In this document: positions 13,270 through 28,010 of the stretch, piece after piece
Layout of the letters: every line of letters begins with the position of its first letter
Numbering within the stretch: the first letter of the stretch is position 1
Translations under genes and position numbers: made by a program
Assembly (NCBI RefSeq): GCF_009914755.1
Contig: NC_060935.1
Source: the human T2T-CHM13v2.0 reference genome, Homo sapiens
Reading direction: 5' to 3' (one strand)
Length of the DNA stretch: 64,000 nucleotides
Notes under the pieces: generated by a model
The model's database searches: none
Seen by the model: only the letters and a program-made list of their open reading frames with translations
Told to the model about the DNA's origin: nothing

Positions 13270-13900
13270 TTTCAAAGTCAGAATGGACAACATAGATTAT
13301 CTAATGCAATCCCTGGCTTTACAGATGAGAAAATTTCGAAGACCAGAACAGAAAATTTAAACAATTTACCTCATACCACACATGTACATGTTGACACAGG
13401 TAGAACTAGAACCCAGATCTTAAACCTACATTCCAACTATACAATACTCATATCTAGTTTATATATTTGTAAGCATACACTTCACAGTATTGAGTTTTCT
13501 TTATACATCGTGTACCAAGTACATTGTAAGTAAGGCCTTGGTGGAGGCCTCCATCAGTGCAACTAAAAGAGAAATCTCTTCCTAAAACTATGCACCTGAA
13601 TGCTTCATTTGGCTATGTTGAATGGAGCCATGTTCAGACCTCCTCTGGACCACATTACCACAGGCTTTTCATTGAATCTAGATCTCACTGTGGGGCTTTA
13701 TCTTAGTATAGCCAAAAGAGCAGGTAATTTGAGTTCTTGAAAGTTTGAGTTTTAAGTGCCGTTTGTGTCCCTTAATTGTCGCACAGCCTTGGGCAAATTA
13801 TTTAGCCTCAGAATGGTCTTAAAATCTCAACCATAAAATGGGGAGAATGACTATACTTAACCTCACAAGGTTATTCTATTCATCGAATGTGGTGACTGTG
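13270..13900. mobile_element. MIR fragments (two, about 13270-13430 and 13740-13900)
   Basis: MIR core motifs TTTACAGATGAGAAAAT, ACTAGAACCCAGATCT, CCTTGGGCAAATTATTT and TAAAATGGGGA. Confidence 0.65.
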
Positions 13901-15189
13901 ATACAAAAGTGTTTTGATTATTTACTATGTACCAAACACTTTATCAGTTGATATAATTAAAATCAGGTAGTCTTATTGAAAATCAACCTAAGAGCCTGTT
14001 ATCTATGTATAGATTTTTCACTTATCAACAAGTTATTTTAAAATCACATGTACATGATCTTATTTTTGTAACTTAACCTTTTCACTGATAAAATATTGTC
14101 TCCTGTTACCCAGGGTTTTTTGTTGGTGGTGGCAGTGTTGTATATTGTTCTTTACTCATATTTAAATATTTTTGTATTAAACCCCTCAGTTGAAGTGACT
14201 TTTTTTCTTTTTTCTTAATTATTAAAAGATTTTTAAGTGTTTCTTTGAGGACTTTTGCTAAGTGTTCCTTTGTTTATTGTTTCCAAAACTGTAGTTTTTG
14301 TCTGTTATTTATCATCTACCTGTACTTGATTTCTTTTGTAGAATACTACATCTTCTTTTGTATAATACTACATCTGATTCTTTTTTTTACAGCTAATTTT
14401 TTTATCTTTCTTAATAAGATTGAATGGCAACACTACTTTTCACAGCAAAACCAATGCAGTTTGTTGATAGGAATTAAAATTATCTGATGCAAATGTGCTT
14501 TACACCTCTTGAGGAAAATTAGAGATGGGGATAGAATATTGATAAGCATGAGTTTAATTTTTTTCTATCATCTCTAAAAAATATGAAACTTGGTCGTCAG
14601 AAAACAGGTTTACATTTGTGTCATTTGGCCCCTTTTATCCATGTTTATATATTAGTATAAAGAAATAAATTCTTACTAAACAACATGATAATATTAGCAG
14701 AAAAGCATGAATAATGCACATGGAACAATTTTACTTTTTTAACTAAAGAAAATATTAAATGCTTGATATTTTAAAGGTAAAAAGTAAAGTTCTAGTAATT
14801 GTCTTTATGTTCTTTGTATAGCTAATAGTTTTAAAGGCACATTGTAGAATCTCAAAATAGATCATTATAATATAAAAGTTGTTGAAAATATATGAAATTC
14901 AGGCAAAATAGTATACAAATTCATATAATGTGATCACAGAATGATTAGAAATGTGCCACTTTTGAAGGATGTTTTAAATAATTTGATAACGTAATCTTTG
15001 TTGAATGTTTGGAAACATTAATAAAGAAGCCAGGATCATATTTTTAACTGGGTTTACTTCTTGCCAACTCCTGTTTTATCAGTGCCTACACTACTAAACA
15101 CACACACAAGAGTAAGCATCCTCAAAAGTAAAGGATTTTAGTAACAAACCAAAATTTTAGATGACAATAGAAGATATTTATTTTCAGCA

Positions 15190-15190
15190 A

Positions 15191-15217
<27 letters not shown>
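15190..15217. repeat. (TA)n microsatellite
   Basis: Direct reading. Confidence 0.95.
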
Positions 15218-15222
<5 letters not shown>

Positions 15223-15569
15223 CTAGAAACATTGCTGGCAAAGAAACATGGAGATTAACAGTACTTAGTATTTTATTATCAATATCATGTAAATGATTTC
15301 AGTTTTAAGTGATTTAATCCCATATATTCAAAAATTAATATTCACAATTGATAATACCTAAATGTATTGATTTATTGCATTTTATTTTGTTATCAAATAG
15401 TTTATTTTTCTAGAAATCTAATTAGAGGAATTTATTTTATTACTTATAAAATTTTAAGCATTGTTGATGATTGACTTGTTTTATGTCAGGGTTAAATAAG
15501 AAATTAAGAAGTATTGGCTTTGCATCTTCCTTTTTATTCTCATATCAAAGAACCCCCCTATTCTGTGCA

Positions 15570-17405
15570 AAAATGGTAACAATCAACAGAGTAAAAAAAA
15601 AACCTATGGAATGGGGGTAAATATTTGCAAACCATATGTCTAATAAAAGGGTTCATATTCAAAATATTAAGGAACTCAAACAACACAATAGCATGAAAAC
15701 AAAAACTCAATTAAAAAATTGGATAAGGACCAAAATAGACATTTCTCAAAAGAAGCCATACAGATGGCCAACACATATATGAAAAAGTGCTCAACATTAT
15801 TCATCATCAGGGAAATGTACATTAAAAAGACAATGAGGTTTCACCTCACACCTGTTAGAATGACTGTTATCAGAAAGACAAAAGTGTTGGAGATGATATG
15901 GACAAAAAGGAACCCTTGTATACTGTTGGTGGAAATATAAATTAGAACAGCCATTGTAGAAAACAGTATAGAGGTTCCTTTAAAAATCAGAAAGAGAACC
16001 ACCATATCCAACAACCCCAATTCTGAACATTCAGTCATTTGACACTTATGAATGGAAATATATTCTGAGAAATACATTATTGGACAATTTCATCGAGTGT
16101 AATTACACAAATCTACGTGGTACAGTCTACATACCTAGGCTCTATAGTAGTCTCTTGGGCCTAGCCTATAAACTTGTGCAGCATGTTACTGGACTGAATA
16201 GGCAATTGTAATACAAGTATTTGTGTTTCTAAACACAGAAAAGGTTCAGTAAATAATAGTCTAAAAGATAAAAAGGGGTACACCTGTATAAGACACTTAC
16301 CGAGAATGGAGCTTACAGGACTGGAAGTTGCTCTGGGTGAGTCAGTAAAGGGGTGGTAAGTGAATGTGAAAGCCTAACATACTACTGGATACTACTGTAG
16401 ACTTTATAACTGTACACTTAACGCTACACTAAATTTACTAAAAATATTTTCCTTTCTTCAATAAGAAATTCACCTTAGCTTCTGTAACATTTTTAATTTA
16501 TAAACTTCTACATTTTAAAAACATTTTTGACTCTTGTAATAACAGCTTAAAACACACTTCACACAATTCTACTAAAATATTGTTTCTTTATATTCTTATT
16601 CTATATGCTATTTTTAATTTTTTTACTTTTAAAATTTTTGTTAAAAACTAAGACACAAGCACACACATTACTCTAGGCCTGTGTGGGGTCATGATTATCA
16701 ATATCACTGTCTTCTACCTCCACATCTTTTCCCACTGGAAGGTCTTCAGGGACAGTAACACACATATAGTTGTCATCTCGTGATAAGAATGCCTTCTTCT
16801 GGACTACCTCCTGAAGGACCTGGTCACCTGAGTCTATCTTATTGTTAGCTTTTTTTTTTTCCAATAAATAAAAGAAGTATACTCTAACAATAAATAGTAT
16901 AGTAAGTACATAAGCCAGTAAAGTAATCATTTATTATTATTATGTACAATACATAATTATATGTGCTGTACTTTTTAGGACAGTTTGTTTACACAAGCAT
17001 CACCATAAACGTGAGTAATATGGCTACAACATCACTAGATGATGGGAATTTTTCAATTCTATTACAATCTTATGGGGCAATTGTTGTATACGTGGTCCAT
17101 CATTGACCAAAACGTCCCTATGCAGTGCATGACTGTATATCTAAAGGAAATAAAATCAGTATGTTGAAAACATATTTACACTCCCATGTTTACTATACCG
17201 TTATTCACAATAATCAACATATGGAATCAACATAAGTGTTCATCAAGGGATGAATGAATAAAGAAAATGTGGTGTACACACACACAATGAACTTTTAACC
17301 TTCAAACAGAAATCTTGTCATTTGTGACAACATGGGTGAAACTGAAGGACATTATGGCAAATGAAATAAGCCCAACACAGAAAGATGAATATTGCATGAT
17401 CCCCT
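15570..17405 (+). mobile_element. L1 (L1MA-like) 3' portion split by Tigger3
   Basis: AACAATCAACAGAGT, GACATTTCTCAAAAGAAG..ATACAGATGGCCAAC. Resumes at about 17137 with TATCTAAAGGAAATAAAATCAGTATG. Confidence 0.88.
16032..17135 (+). mobile_element. Tigger3-like TcMar DNA transposon (non-autonomous, about 1.1 kb)
   Basis: Terminal inverted repeats CAGTCAT...ATGACTG followed by TA. Internal GGAGCTTACAGGACTGGAAGTTGCTCTGGGTGAGTCAGT. Confidence 0.88.
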
Positions 17406-18936
17406 GTTATTATTATATGAAATAATAAGGGTTTGGGGTAGAATTATTATTAGTGGATTAGAATGCATTGGCTATATTTTTTATCCACTCTCCTATAACC
17501 CATAGTGACATTCATCAGATCGTTGGCTGGAATTCATTTCATAATCTGAAAGCTTGCAGCTTTTACCACTTGTGCAAAGCAGATTGATCCAGATTAGAAT
17601 TGAATCTACTGCACTATGTTCTGAAAAGTTGATCTAGCAGGGATAGATGTGTGTTAAGATATGAAATAGTCACAAAATTGCCCTTACAGAATATTATTTT
17701 TGCACACGTTTCCACACTCATGAAAAAAAGTGTCTATGTAATCTACAGAATTTTCACTGAAAATGGAGAAATAACTGTATGAGAAATAGCCAAAGTACCA
17801 AATTTTTCATTATCTGGAGCTGTATTTGTTTTGTACACAACAGCATTCTTTTTGTTTGTTTTGTTTTTGCAAGATAGACACTTTTGGTTTATTGTGGCTG
17901 TTCAACTACATGTTTACAGAGATGTACCTCTATGTTTCCTGAACCACCTACCATTGATTTTGCACACTAAGCAGTCTGCTATGTTTCCTAACATTTTATA
18001 TTCTTTACTGCTGCATTCATGCTTCAAATTAGATTTCATTCTTTCTTTGGATATTTCTTCTGCCTATGTGATTGCTTACTTAGGATCACAGTAAAGCAAA
18101 TACTTGCATAATTTTAAGGTCACCCACAGCTTTTACAGCATTAGGCACTTCAATGTCTATGGGATTGCTATGCTCATGACATTATCATGACATTAATGTT
18201 CAGTCATAGCACACAGATTGTCCATTATGCAGAATCTTAACTTCAGATAATGTAAAGCAGATTTTCCTCATGCTTACTGAAGATTCTTTGGGATATTTCA
18301 TAGCATTTGTAAAATATTTTAAAACAATAACATTAATGTTATTATTTATATGAGAAATAAATTTGGTTTTCTTCTTAAATTCATCCATTTATTGTCTTCT
18401 TTTAACAAGGGAAGTGAAAATCATACTCACTTTTCTTCGTGTGTCTTAAAAAATCAAGCTTTAAAATTATTATTATTTTAGAAGTTTGTTCTAAGAAAAT
18501 TAACTTTGATGGAAGATGAGCTCAGGTGATCAGGACATGGATTCAGGTGTACTTGGCATAGCAGTTCATTAACTATGTGTTAATTATGTATGATTACTCC
18601 TGAAAATCTATAGTGGCTTCATCTTTTAGGTTGCTGCATTAAATCATTAATTTTCTTGGAGGTAACTAAGCCTGACATAATTAAGTTATCTTAGTCTCCA
18701 CAGGTTTTTATCTTCCTATGATGTCAGGAACACTGAGCAAGTTATAATAAGGCATTGTAACTTATTCCCTGTATGTATTGACTTTATATTTTAGGATTAT
18801 ATAATACTATTTTGACATTCTTAAGTAATCTAATAAATGTATGCCTTTTAATTATTTACTTAATGTTTTATCATAGATTGTGTACTTCTTATGTAATAAC
18901 CCATTTATGTATTTGAACCACTTCTTTTACCAACAG

Positions 18937-19021
18937 TTCTTTGACCCCTGGCTACACAAAGCTGCTTCAGTTTATCCAGAACATCATTTATGAGGAAGGA
19001 TTTGATGGATCCAATCCTCAG
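18937..19021 (+). CDS. ELP4: ELP4 coding exon (recalled exon 6), 85 nt: (x)[28 protein letters not shown]
   Basis: Acceptor cttttaccaacAG, donor CAG|GTATTA. Frame joins the next exon. Peptide recognised as Elongator subunit 4. Confidence 0.95.
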
Positions 19022-20260
19022 GTATTAAATAGCTTCAAAGTCTTTTATAATTATTTATATAATGTTGTTTTCAAATTCTCTGGGGGGGGGGCGGGAACCC
19101 AGAAGTTTTAGAATAATAAACAGTGAACAAGCTGTTTTCAAGCACAGAACATGTACATAAGCAGAGCACAAGCAGCCTTAGTTTGACTGTTACTGTGTAT
19201 TTAGAGTTTCAGCTAAGTTCTCAGTGGAGGCACATAAGACATACACATACTTTATCAACATCATTTTTAAATATGCATTTGTAGCATTTGGGATTAAGTA
19301 GCTGCATTTTGAGAATTACTTTTAAATCTGCAAGGCTTGTACTTTTCTATTTAAATTGTTCCTGTTTCTGACATTCAGGCCTTATTTCAAATTACCTTAT
19401 GAGTAAGAATTATGTTAAGATTTTATTGTATTATACTTTGTTTTATTGAATTAAAAATACATTTTTATTTGCCATATTAAATATTTTATAACAACGATTT
19501 CTCTGTAGCTCTAATTTTTAAAACTTCCTCCAAATTTCCACTAATAAAGATGTTCTGGTTAGTTTAGCTTAAACAAAGTGAGGAAGATTTTATTTCTACA
19601 TATCATGCCTTTCAAAATTCTTCCACAGTGATTTTAATTGCTTTTGCTACTAAATGATTTGCATTACATTTGTATTATTTTAGCAGAAGTATTTCTAAAG
19701 CACCATTATTTTTATTGAAGAAGACAGAGAAGCTGAAAGTCTTATTTTTGGCATTATCAGCTACATTTGTGCTCAACTCATGGATTTTTAAATATTCTTG
19801 TAAACTTTATTATTATATTTAACAGGTTTTCCATGGCAAAATAAATTATTTTTCATTTTGTTTTGATTGCCAGTTTAATTGCAGATTGGAAATACTTATG
19901 TGTGTATGATAAAGTACAGTCATTTATTTATAGGTGACTTTTCATGTATGTCATAATTTTTGTGACGGCCTTTAGTATTTAATACAATTTTATTTTGCTC
20001 AGTGTTGCTCCATTTTTGGCCCTACCTAAGATTTATGGGTACTGTGTCTTTCCTTTGGTGCCAGTGCTTGTCTGGAGAGGTAAATTGGTCCCTGACAGAC
20101 ACCTATCCCCACTTGCTGTGGTAACTATGGAAACAGGCATGTCATAACAGTTCCAATGGTACAGTGTGCAGAGCTGCTCTTCTTGCAGGATGATGATGAC
20201 ACATCTTCTGAGAGTAAGAAATTTTATAGAATCCCAAAAGCAAAGGTAATAGCAAAAGGA

Positions 20261-20262
<2 letters not shown>

Positions 20263-20301
<39 letters not shown>
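20263..20301. repeat. (CA)n microsatellite
   Basis: Direct reading. Confidence 0.97.
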
Positions 20302-20303
<2 letters not shown>

Positions 20304-22139
20304 TATACCTTAAGAATCCTTAATAAGTAAGCTAGTATAGGAATAGAGTAAAACATTTGTTTTCTTAGTTGTTTATTCGATGATGAAAACACTATTTTCA
20401 AAAAACAATTTTTTTTTCACAGAAATTGATAGACACCAAACTGGAGCTGGTTTGGCTTTCTGAACCAGAGATTCTATAATTAATGACTTTTATAAAGATT
20501 AAACAGGGTTCAGGTAGACATTCCTATGGTGAATACCAAAACTTTTTAAATTAAAATATACCAATACGTTATTATAGAAATATACTTACAATTTTATTGC
20601 AACTAAAATATAATGAGTTTTCTTATCTTTAAATTAATTGTACTGTTTGCTAAATTACTTAGTATATATATCTGTCTCAGAAACTTCAGATGAGTTCTAG
20701 AAGCCAGAGAAATACGCCTATAAGGCACTACTTCAAAAAATATTATTCCTAAGTCAAAAATAATGTTCTGACATTGAAATAAATGTTACGTTTTTAAAGA
20801 AAGTTTTTATCTTTTTTTTAACGTGTTTTCAAATAAACAACTAATTTGAGACAACATATAGAAATAGACTCTAAGGAACAGAATATTGTATACTACCTTA
20901 TAATTAGCCTTGGTAGTAAGTAAAGTAGTGTAGCTCATCTGTAAAAATAATTAGAGTGCAGACATTTACAAATTGCGGTCATAATTTCATTTAAGTTGTT
21001 ATTTTTAAATATCTTAGAAATATATGATAAAAATGAAATTTGAACATGGATTTTACTTAGAATACCAGATTAAATATTTTGGATGTTCTCGTAGGAATAA
21101 AACTATTTATTGTACAGCTACAAGGTTCTTTTTTTTAATCTTATGCCACACAGTATGCCCCATTATTATATGGCATAGCAAAGGAATTATATATCCTAAA
21201 GGACACAAGAGATTTATAGTTCAGCCTTTGTTTTTGCAATTACCATTATATTTTTTAAAATATAAGTGAAGTATTATGTTCAATTATATCTGTTGTGCTG
21301 GGTACCCACCTCACTTAAATATCTTATCTCTCATTCATTTTTTGGCTTAATATTTTCATTCACTTGATATACATATATCAGTGTATCTGTCAGAGTCATT
21401 AAACCTCTGTAGTTTTCCTAATTTCATACCTAACAGCATTTTTGTTGTAAACTTTTGTCAAGTACTTTTTAATACAATAATAGATAATGGGACAGTGGGT
21501 TAAAATACTGTTGATCTTTAGTTTCTGAAATGTTAACAGAGAAAACAATATTATCCTGCTCTCCTTTTACCTTTGCGTTTCATTGTACTATCTAGATTTT
21601 TTTTTTTTTTTGTATGTTTCTCTCCCTTTTTCCAGAATGCTCTTTCTGTTGGGAATCTAACATGTTTGTTATCATGAGATAACAAATTTAGAGATAGCAA
21701 AATGAACTTTAAATTCTTGCCATTTTACTTAAATTCTGAGGTTTTAAATAATAAAGAAAAAAGAATAACCCATCATATTTTACAGATATCTTACACTAAT
21801 TCACCAGAAATGTATTTATACTTCTAACCTAAGCCCTGGTACATCTCATTACTTCATTTCATTCAAGTAATGCAGAAATAAAAAGAAAACAATTTTTGTG
21901 GACCATTGAGGATGATAACATAGGGTGTCTTAGGTGGTTGTCTATCATAACTTTAACACAATCATTTAAAAAATTGAACCAGCTGCCTACATAGTACAAT
22001 CATGTTTTAGGTCCTTAGAGTCAGGAAGTTTTTTTCTAATGTGCTTATTCTAAAATCCTTTTTTTTTTTTTTTTTTTATAATTTCATTCTTATAGTCTTA
22101 TCCAGGCCATTATATCCCTTCAATTGTATTGAATTATAG

Positions 22140-22478
<339 letters not shown>

Positions 22479-22489
22479 TGAATAAAACT

Positions 22490-22841
<352 letters not shown>

Positions 22842-24048
22842 TCATACATCTTCTTAGTTACATAGTCCTGACTGTAATTCTCTCCTATTCATTTACTAGC
22901 TTATGTTCCTTTAGGCTTTCATCTTCTAACATTTCAGTGTTGTATTCATTTTTCTTCCTTTCCATGGTCAATAAATTCTGCTTGAAAAAGAAATACACAA
23001 ATTCAGTTTTCATTTGTAATATCAGGGAAATAGATATATTGTGTTAGACAATAACTAGTTGGTTAATAAATTTTATCAGTGGTATTTTATAGCAATAGCA
23101 AGTGATACATTTTAGGAATTTGTTTCATCAGAAATCACTTGTAGAGTAGCATGCATTCCAAATTATGGCTTTAAGAGCAAACTTACTTTTCCCATCAATT
23201 CTAATAATGAATTTTCAATTATTTGCACATGCCAGGTTTTGTTAACGCCTTCTTCTTTTGCCCAGAAATTTTGCTGAATTTCTAAGGAAAGTATTTACAA
23301 AACATTTATTTAGTTAGAATAACCCAAACAGTAGAATTTATTATAAACACATCTGTTGTTAAATGTTTATTCACAGTGATGTATTCACAGTTTAATTAAT
23401 AGTTTTTAAATGTTCTTTTCCCAAGAAATACAGTCACTTATTGTGACCTTACTGTCAGTAGGCTCAGGTTCTAAATGTTCACCTGTTAAATTTTACGAAG
23501 AGTGTTGAACTTAAATTATTATTTTAAGAGCAGCTTCAAGAAGAAAAACCAGAGGCAAATGTAAAATATAAAAACAAAAAGTCATATATCTTTAAGCTTT
23601 TTTCAAAGAAAAGATCAGGCAGTAGGTAGGATAAAATTAAATGAGAAATATTGAACAATTTATAGTTTACTGAAAGAATTTTCTAATACTGAGAAGGGGT
23701 TTGCAAGCATTCTAGTTTAGATTTCATCATTATTATCTGTTTTGTTAAATATTTTAAGTGCATTAAATATAATTCTTAGAGTTGTTGCTGTTAAAATTTA
23801 GATACAATTTAAAGCTTAAGGCTTATGATACTCTTCAGATTTTTCAAAAGTTAAAGTTATTTTTTATAATCTTGTAATCTAAACAGTTTCATTTATACTG
23901 CTTTATGTACTAATAGTACATAAAAATTTTTAACACATCTATTGACATTGTCTCCCTGATGTTATAAAGATAAGAACTGACAGATAAAAGTGGTATTCTA
24001 TTGATTAACAAAACTTTATATGTTTGCTTTTTTCCCACTTTCTTTTAG

Positions 24049-24237
24049 AAAAAACAGAGAAACATTTTAAGAATAGGAATTCAGAATCTTGGCTCACCTT
24101 TATGGGGAGACGATATTTGCTGTGCAGAAAATGGTGGCAACAGTCACAGCCTTACCAAGTTCCTCTATGTTCTCCGTGGTCTTCTGAGAACCTCTCTTTC
24201 AGCCTGCATCATCACAATGCCAACACATCTGATCCAG
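24049..24237 (+). CDS. ELP4: ELP4 coding exon (recalled exon 7), 189 nt: [63 protein letters not shown]
   Basis: Polypyrimidine tract plus TAG acceptor, donor CAG|GTAAGA. 63 open codons, phase 0-0. Conserved Elp4 motifs LGSPLW and FLYxLRGLLR. Confidence 0.97.
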
Positions 24238-24284
24238 GTAAGAAATTTCCAGAACTACTTTTTCATAATTCATAGTAATATAGT

Positions 24285-24690
24285 ATGACATTGTGGTTTT
24301 AGTTTGCATTTCCATGATAACTAATGATGTTGACCATCTTTTCAGGTGCTTTCTGGCCATTTGCATGTCTTCTTTTGTCTGTCTTTTGTCCATTTTTTTA
24401 TTGATAGTCTCATTATCAATTTGTAAAGTTCCTTGATATTTTAGCTACAACTTGGTAATAATTTTCCTCCTATCTATGACTTGCTTTTTCTATTTTCTTA
24501 ACAGTGTCTTTTGAAGAGCTAAAGTTTTCAATATTGATGAAGTTTAATTTATAAATTTTTTAATGGTTAGTGGTTTATCTCCCTCACACCTCCAATCTTG
24601 ACAGTCTTTTTCTCTTGTGTTTTCTTCCAAACATTTTATAGTTTTTTCTTTTACTAATGAATCAATGTATTTCCATTTGAATTTTTTCTA
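24285..24690 (-). mobile_element. Ancient L1 ORF2 fragment
   Basis: TTGTGGTTTTAGTTTGCATTTCC..ATAACTAATGATGTTGA.CATCTTTTCA, typical of antisense L1. Confidence 0.85.
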
Positions 24691-25138
24691 CAGTTTTAGT
24701 TCATGTTCTGAAACAGCTTTTAGTTTCTTTAATTAATATTCTAATGTAAAGTATATGTTAATATTAGTATAGTTAAGTACATATTGTCTGCCTCAAGCAT
24801 GTGATTTCATATAATCTTATATATCTAATACATTGTAGTCTCCATAGAGGGAGGGCCTGATATTTATACTTTTCTTTATAGGCTTTATGGTAATAACATA
24901 ATATTAAACGTGGTTTTAAAATTCTTAACACAGTACCTAGGCTTTTCCTAGATATTCAGTAAATGTTAAATGAATATTGAATCTTTATAAAGTTATGTAA
25001 TCTTAGTATCTCTGTTCCAACATACCCAGACCCTACCTGCAAATAGCAAATTTATTAAAATGACATTTAGTTACATTCATTATATACAGCATATATAGCA
25101 AATATGACTGAAAAGTGTGACAAATGAAAAGTGAATTT

Positions 25139-25260
25139 AGCTAGATGCAGTGCCTTACACCTGTAATCCCAGCACTTTGGGAGGCTGAGGCAGAAGGATC
25201 ACCTGAGGCAAGAAGTTCAGCCAGGGTAACATAGCAAGTCCCCATCTCTACAAAAAATTA
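25139..25260 (+). mobile_element. Alu left monomer (FLAM-like)
   Basis: CACCTGTAATCCCAGCACTTTGGGAGGCTGAGG...CCCCATCTCTACAAAAAA. Confidence 0.9.
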
Positions 25261-25629
25261 AATTAAATTTTAAAAGAAGTGAATTTGGTCTCCTTGGCCA
25301 GTAGAATTTATTTATTTATAATGGGCAGCAGAGGATGATTCGGTTTTCCTTGAAGGGCTTTTTATACATTGTATCTGGACCTAAATTATTATCATTAGTT
25401 TACAGTTGCAGACATATCATAAGGAAACTCTTTTCTCTAATCATGCTAGACATTGTATACATACTTGTATTGCTTTCATTGTTAATAAGTTATCATAAAT
25501 TTAGTACTCGAATAATAGTTTGGGTAGACCTGGTGAGCTTTTTATGATAAATAAACATGAAACAGACTTATCAGATACTGGTGAAAATACTACTACTTAT
25601 ACTACTACTACTACTGTGCTGTTACTACA

Positions 25630-28010
25630 ACTATTTATTAGCCATGTACTACATCCCAAGCACTTTACAAGTATTATGTCCTTGAATCTTCAGTGCTACC
25701 CTGTGAAACAGATAGTTTTTACCTCTGTTTCCATAGGGTCACCCAGTTAATAAGTAGCAGGCCAGTGTTCTTCCCTGACTTCAAACCTTATCACCCTCAC
25801 CATTAGGTTATATGGCTTCACTAATCATCACAAAAACCCTGCAAGATAGCTGTGATTTCACCCTTTGCAAAGACAACTATACTGAAGTTAAATGATTATC
25901 CAATATCCCATATCTGTTGTACATTTTAAGCTGCTATTCAAGCTCGGATCTGGCTAACTCTAAAATTTAAACTCTTTACCCTCTGTCACACTATATCCTA
26001 TGTGTCCTGAATTATTAACTACCTTTGATGACACTAAGTTTCTATTAGGAAAAAAAAGTTACTGGCTAACATTGTAATTATTCCATATTTATTAAGAGAA
26101 AATTATTATTGTAAAATATTTGATAAATTAGTACATATAAAAGATTAAACAAAAAGTTCCATTCTAGACAAGAGAGAAAAAAGATGAAAATATGCTTCCT
26201 TTTGCATAATTGCAAAGCAAAGAAAAACAATCATGAAAAAAATATATGTACATATGTAACTTTAAATTTTATTCCAAAGGGGCCTCTGTGAGAAAACAGA
26301 AAGAAAGAAAAGGGAAACACTTTTTTAAAGCCATTTTGTTGGTGAGCATCTTTATTACTTAAGGAAGAGATTCCCATTGCGGATTTCTGTGACAGTGAAT
26401 CCTGTACCCTCTGTTTAAGGGAACAGCAGATTCTATCAGATGACCTCCAATCAGCCTATCTAGATAACTGATTAAATAATGAGTGAATGATGTAGTGATC
26501 TGGATGTCTGAACCTGAAACAATATTTTAACTTTGATACTTTACAGGTATATTTCAGCCCCTGTATAACTGGAAGAGAGATTAAATTTATGCTTCTTAAC
26601 ATAGCAGTAAAGAGACTTCTTTGAAATAGACATAGCAAAATATAGGGTCAGATTTTGGTAATGAGTATAAAGTTATATAGTGTGACAAAGAATTAAGACA
26701 TATTCCTCAAAACAGAGAATGTCTTTTTTTAAAAAACTGCACAACCTTCTAAAATTTTTCCAATTTTCAATCTCTCATTCCTAGACGATTTTGCAAAGTT
26801 ATCATATAGTAGTCTTCTGGCCCTAATACCAATTGAGTTATAAAAAACAAGTAAATTTTCCCTTGCTCTTTGAACATAATGTCTGACCATATATTTGTTT
26901 TTATATGAAAATGTTTAGGAGAAAATATAAAACTTGTACTTGTTCAAACCCATCATTATATAAATATGAAGTAAAACTTTTAAGAACTTTTAAAGTCTGT
27001 CAAGGAAAATCAGTCTTTTGGCTAAGGAAAGAGAATAAGAATTGCAAGCAGTATGCTTAGAAAGGTAATCAAAGATGTACGAATACATATAACCAGGGCA
27101 CTGTGAGTTTATTTAATAAAAAGTTACGTGGTGATTACTATGGGCCAGTTGCAGTCCTTAATGCTTTTCAAATATCAACTCATTTAATTCTCATAATAAC
27201 CCTGTATGGTTGGTACTGTCATTATCTTTTCCCAAGATCACACAGCTAATGAGTGGCAGACTTTAGACTTAAGTAGTCTACCTCCTATTACCATAATCTT
27301 AACGCCACTGTGCTGTGCTACTTGTTCAACCTAGATACTAGAGTCAAAATTTAGAAACAAACTGCACAAAGTACCATTCGATGATAGAAAGAACCTGGGA
27401 TCTTAGAGGCAGATGGATCCAACTAGTTTCATAGTCTTAGTCAAGTCTTAATTTTTTCAGCCTCAGCTTCATCTGTGAAAATGGAGCAAAAAGTATCCAG
27501 TGAAGAGGATTAGTAATAACATGTACTTAAACAGTGCTGGCACATAGTAGGCATTCAATATATGTTAGCAGTTGTCATCTTCACTATTATTACTTAAACA
27601 GATCTCCAAAATTGAGGATTTGAACAGAGATCAGGCTACAAAAAATAAGATATAAAAGTCTATCAAAGCAATAGAAATCTCCAGCAGCCTCTTTTTATGA
27701 AAAACACTGACAGGATCTTCTCACAGGTTAGGCCTGAGACAGACCAGGAGGCATAGATAAAGTCAGTTGGCCATCCAAATATTAGTAGCATCACCATGTT
27801 GTAACAAGACTCTTTAAACATCATTCATCAACTTCCTGTCCACTATGACCAGTGCCACCTCTGGAGATTGTAAGTTAGGGTTTAAATGGTGATTGAATGA
27901 CTGTGGGTAAGTTAGCTTATACACTTATTTAACAAATAATGCAGGCACTGTTCTAGGCACCCATAGGGATACAGTAGCAAACAAGACAAACAAGATTCCT
28001 ATTCACATGG
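25630..28010. mobile_element. Cluster of degraded MIR and L2 fragments (about 25630-25990, 27110-27590, 27920-28010)
   Basis: CATTTAATTCTCATAATAACCCT, CCCAAGATCACACAGCTA, GCCTCAGCTTCATCTGTGAAAATGG, CTGGCACATAGTAGG. Confidence 0.65.

Noticed and set aside
8279-16930. ORFs at 8279, 9867, 15719, 15841, 16673
   Set aside because: Decayed L1 ORF2 or Tigger3 fragments, not host genes.
20033-20401. 122-aa minus-strand ORF with a CV repeat
   Set aside because: Arises from the (CA)n microsatellite and has a non-ATG start.
24024-24275. 83-aa ORF overlapping exon 7
   Set aside because: Alternative frame; the ELP4 frame defined by the splice sites starts at 24049.
27850-27868. Possible reverse CTCF site CAGTGCCACCTCTGG
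   Set aside because: One base short of the canonical TGCCACCTNNTGG spacing; too weak to call without ChIP data.
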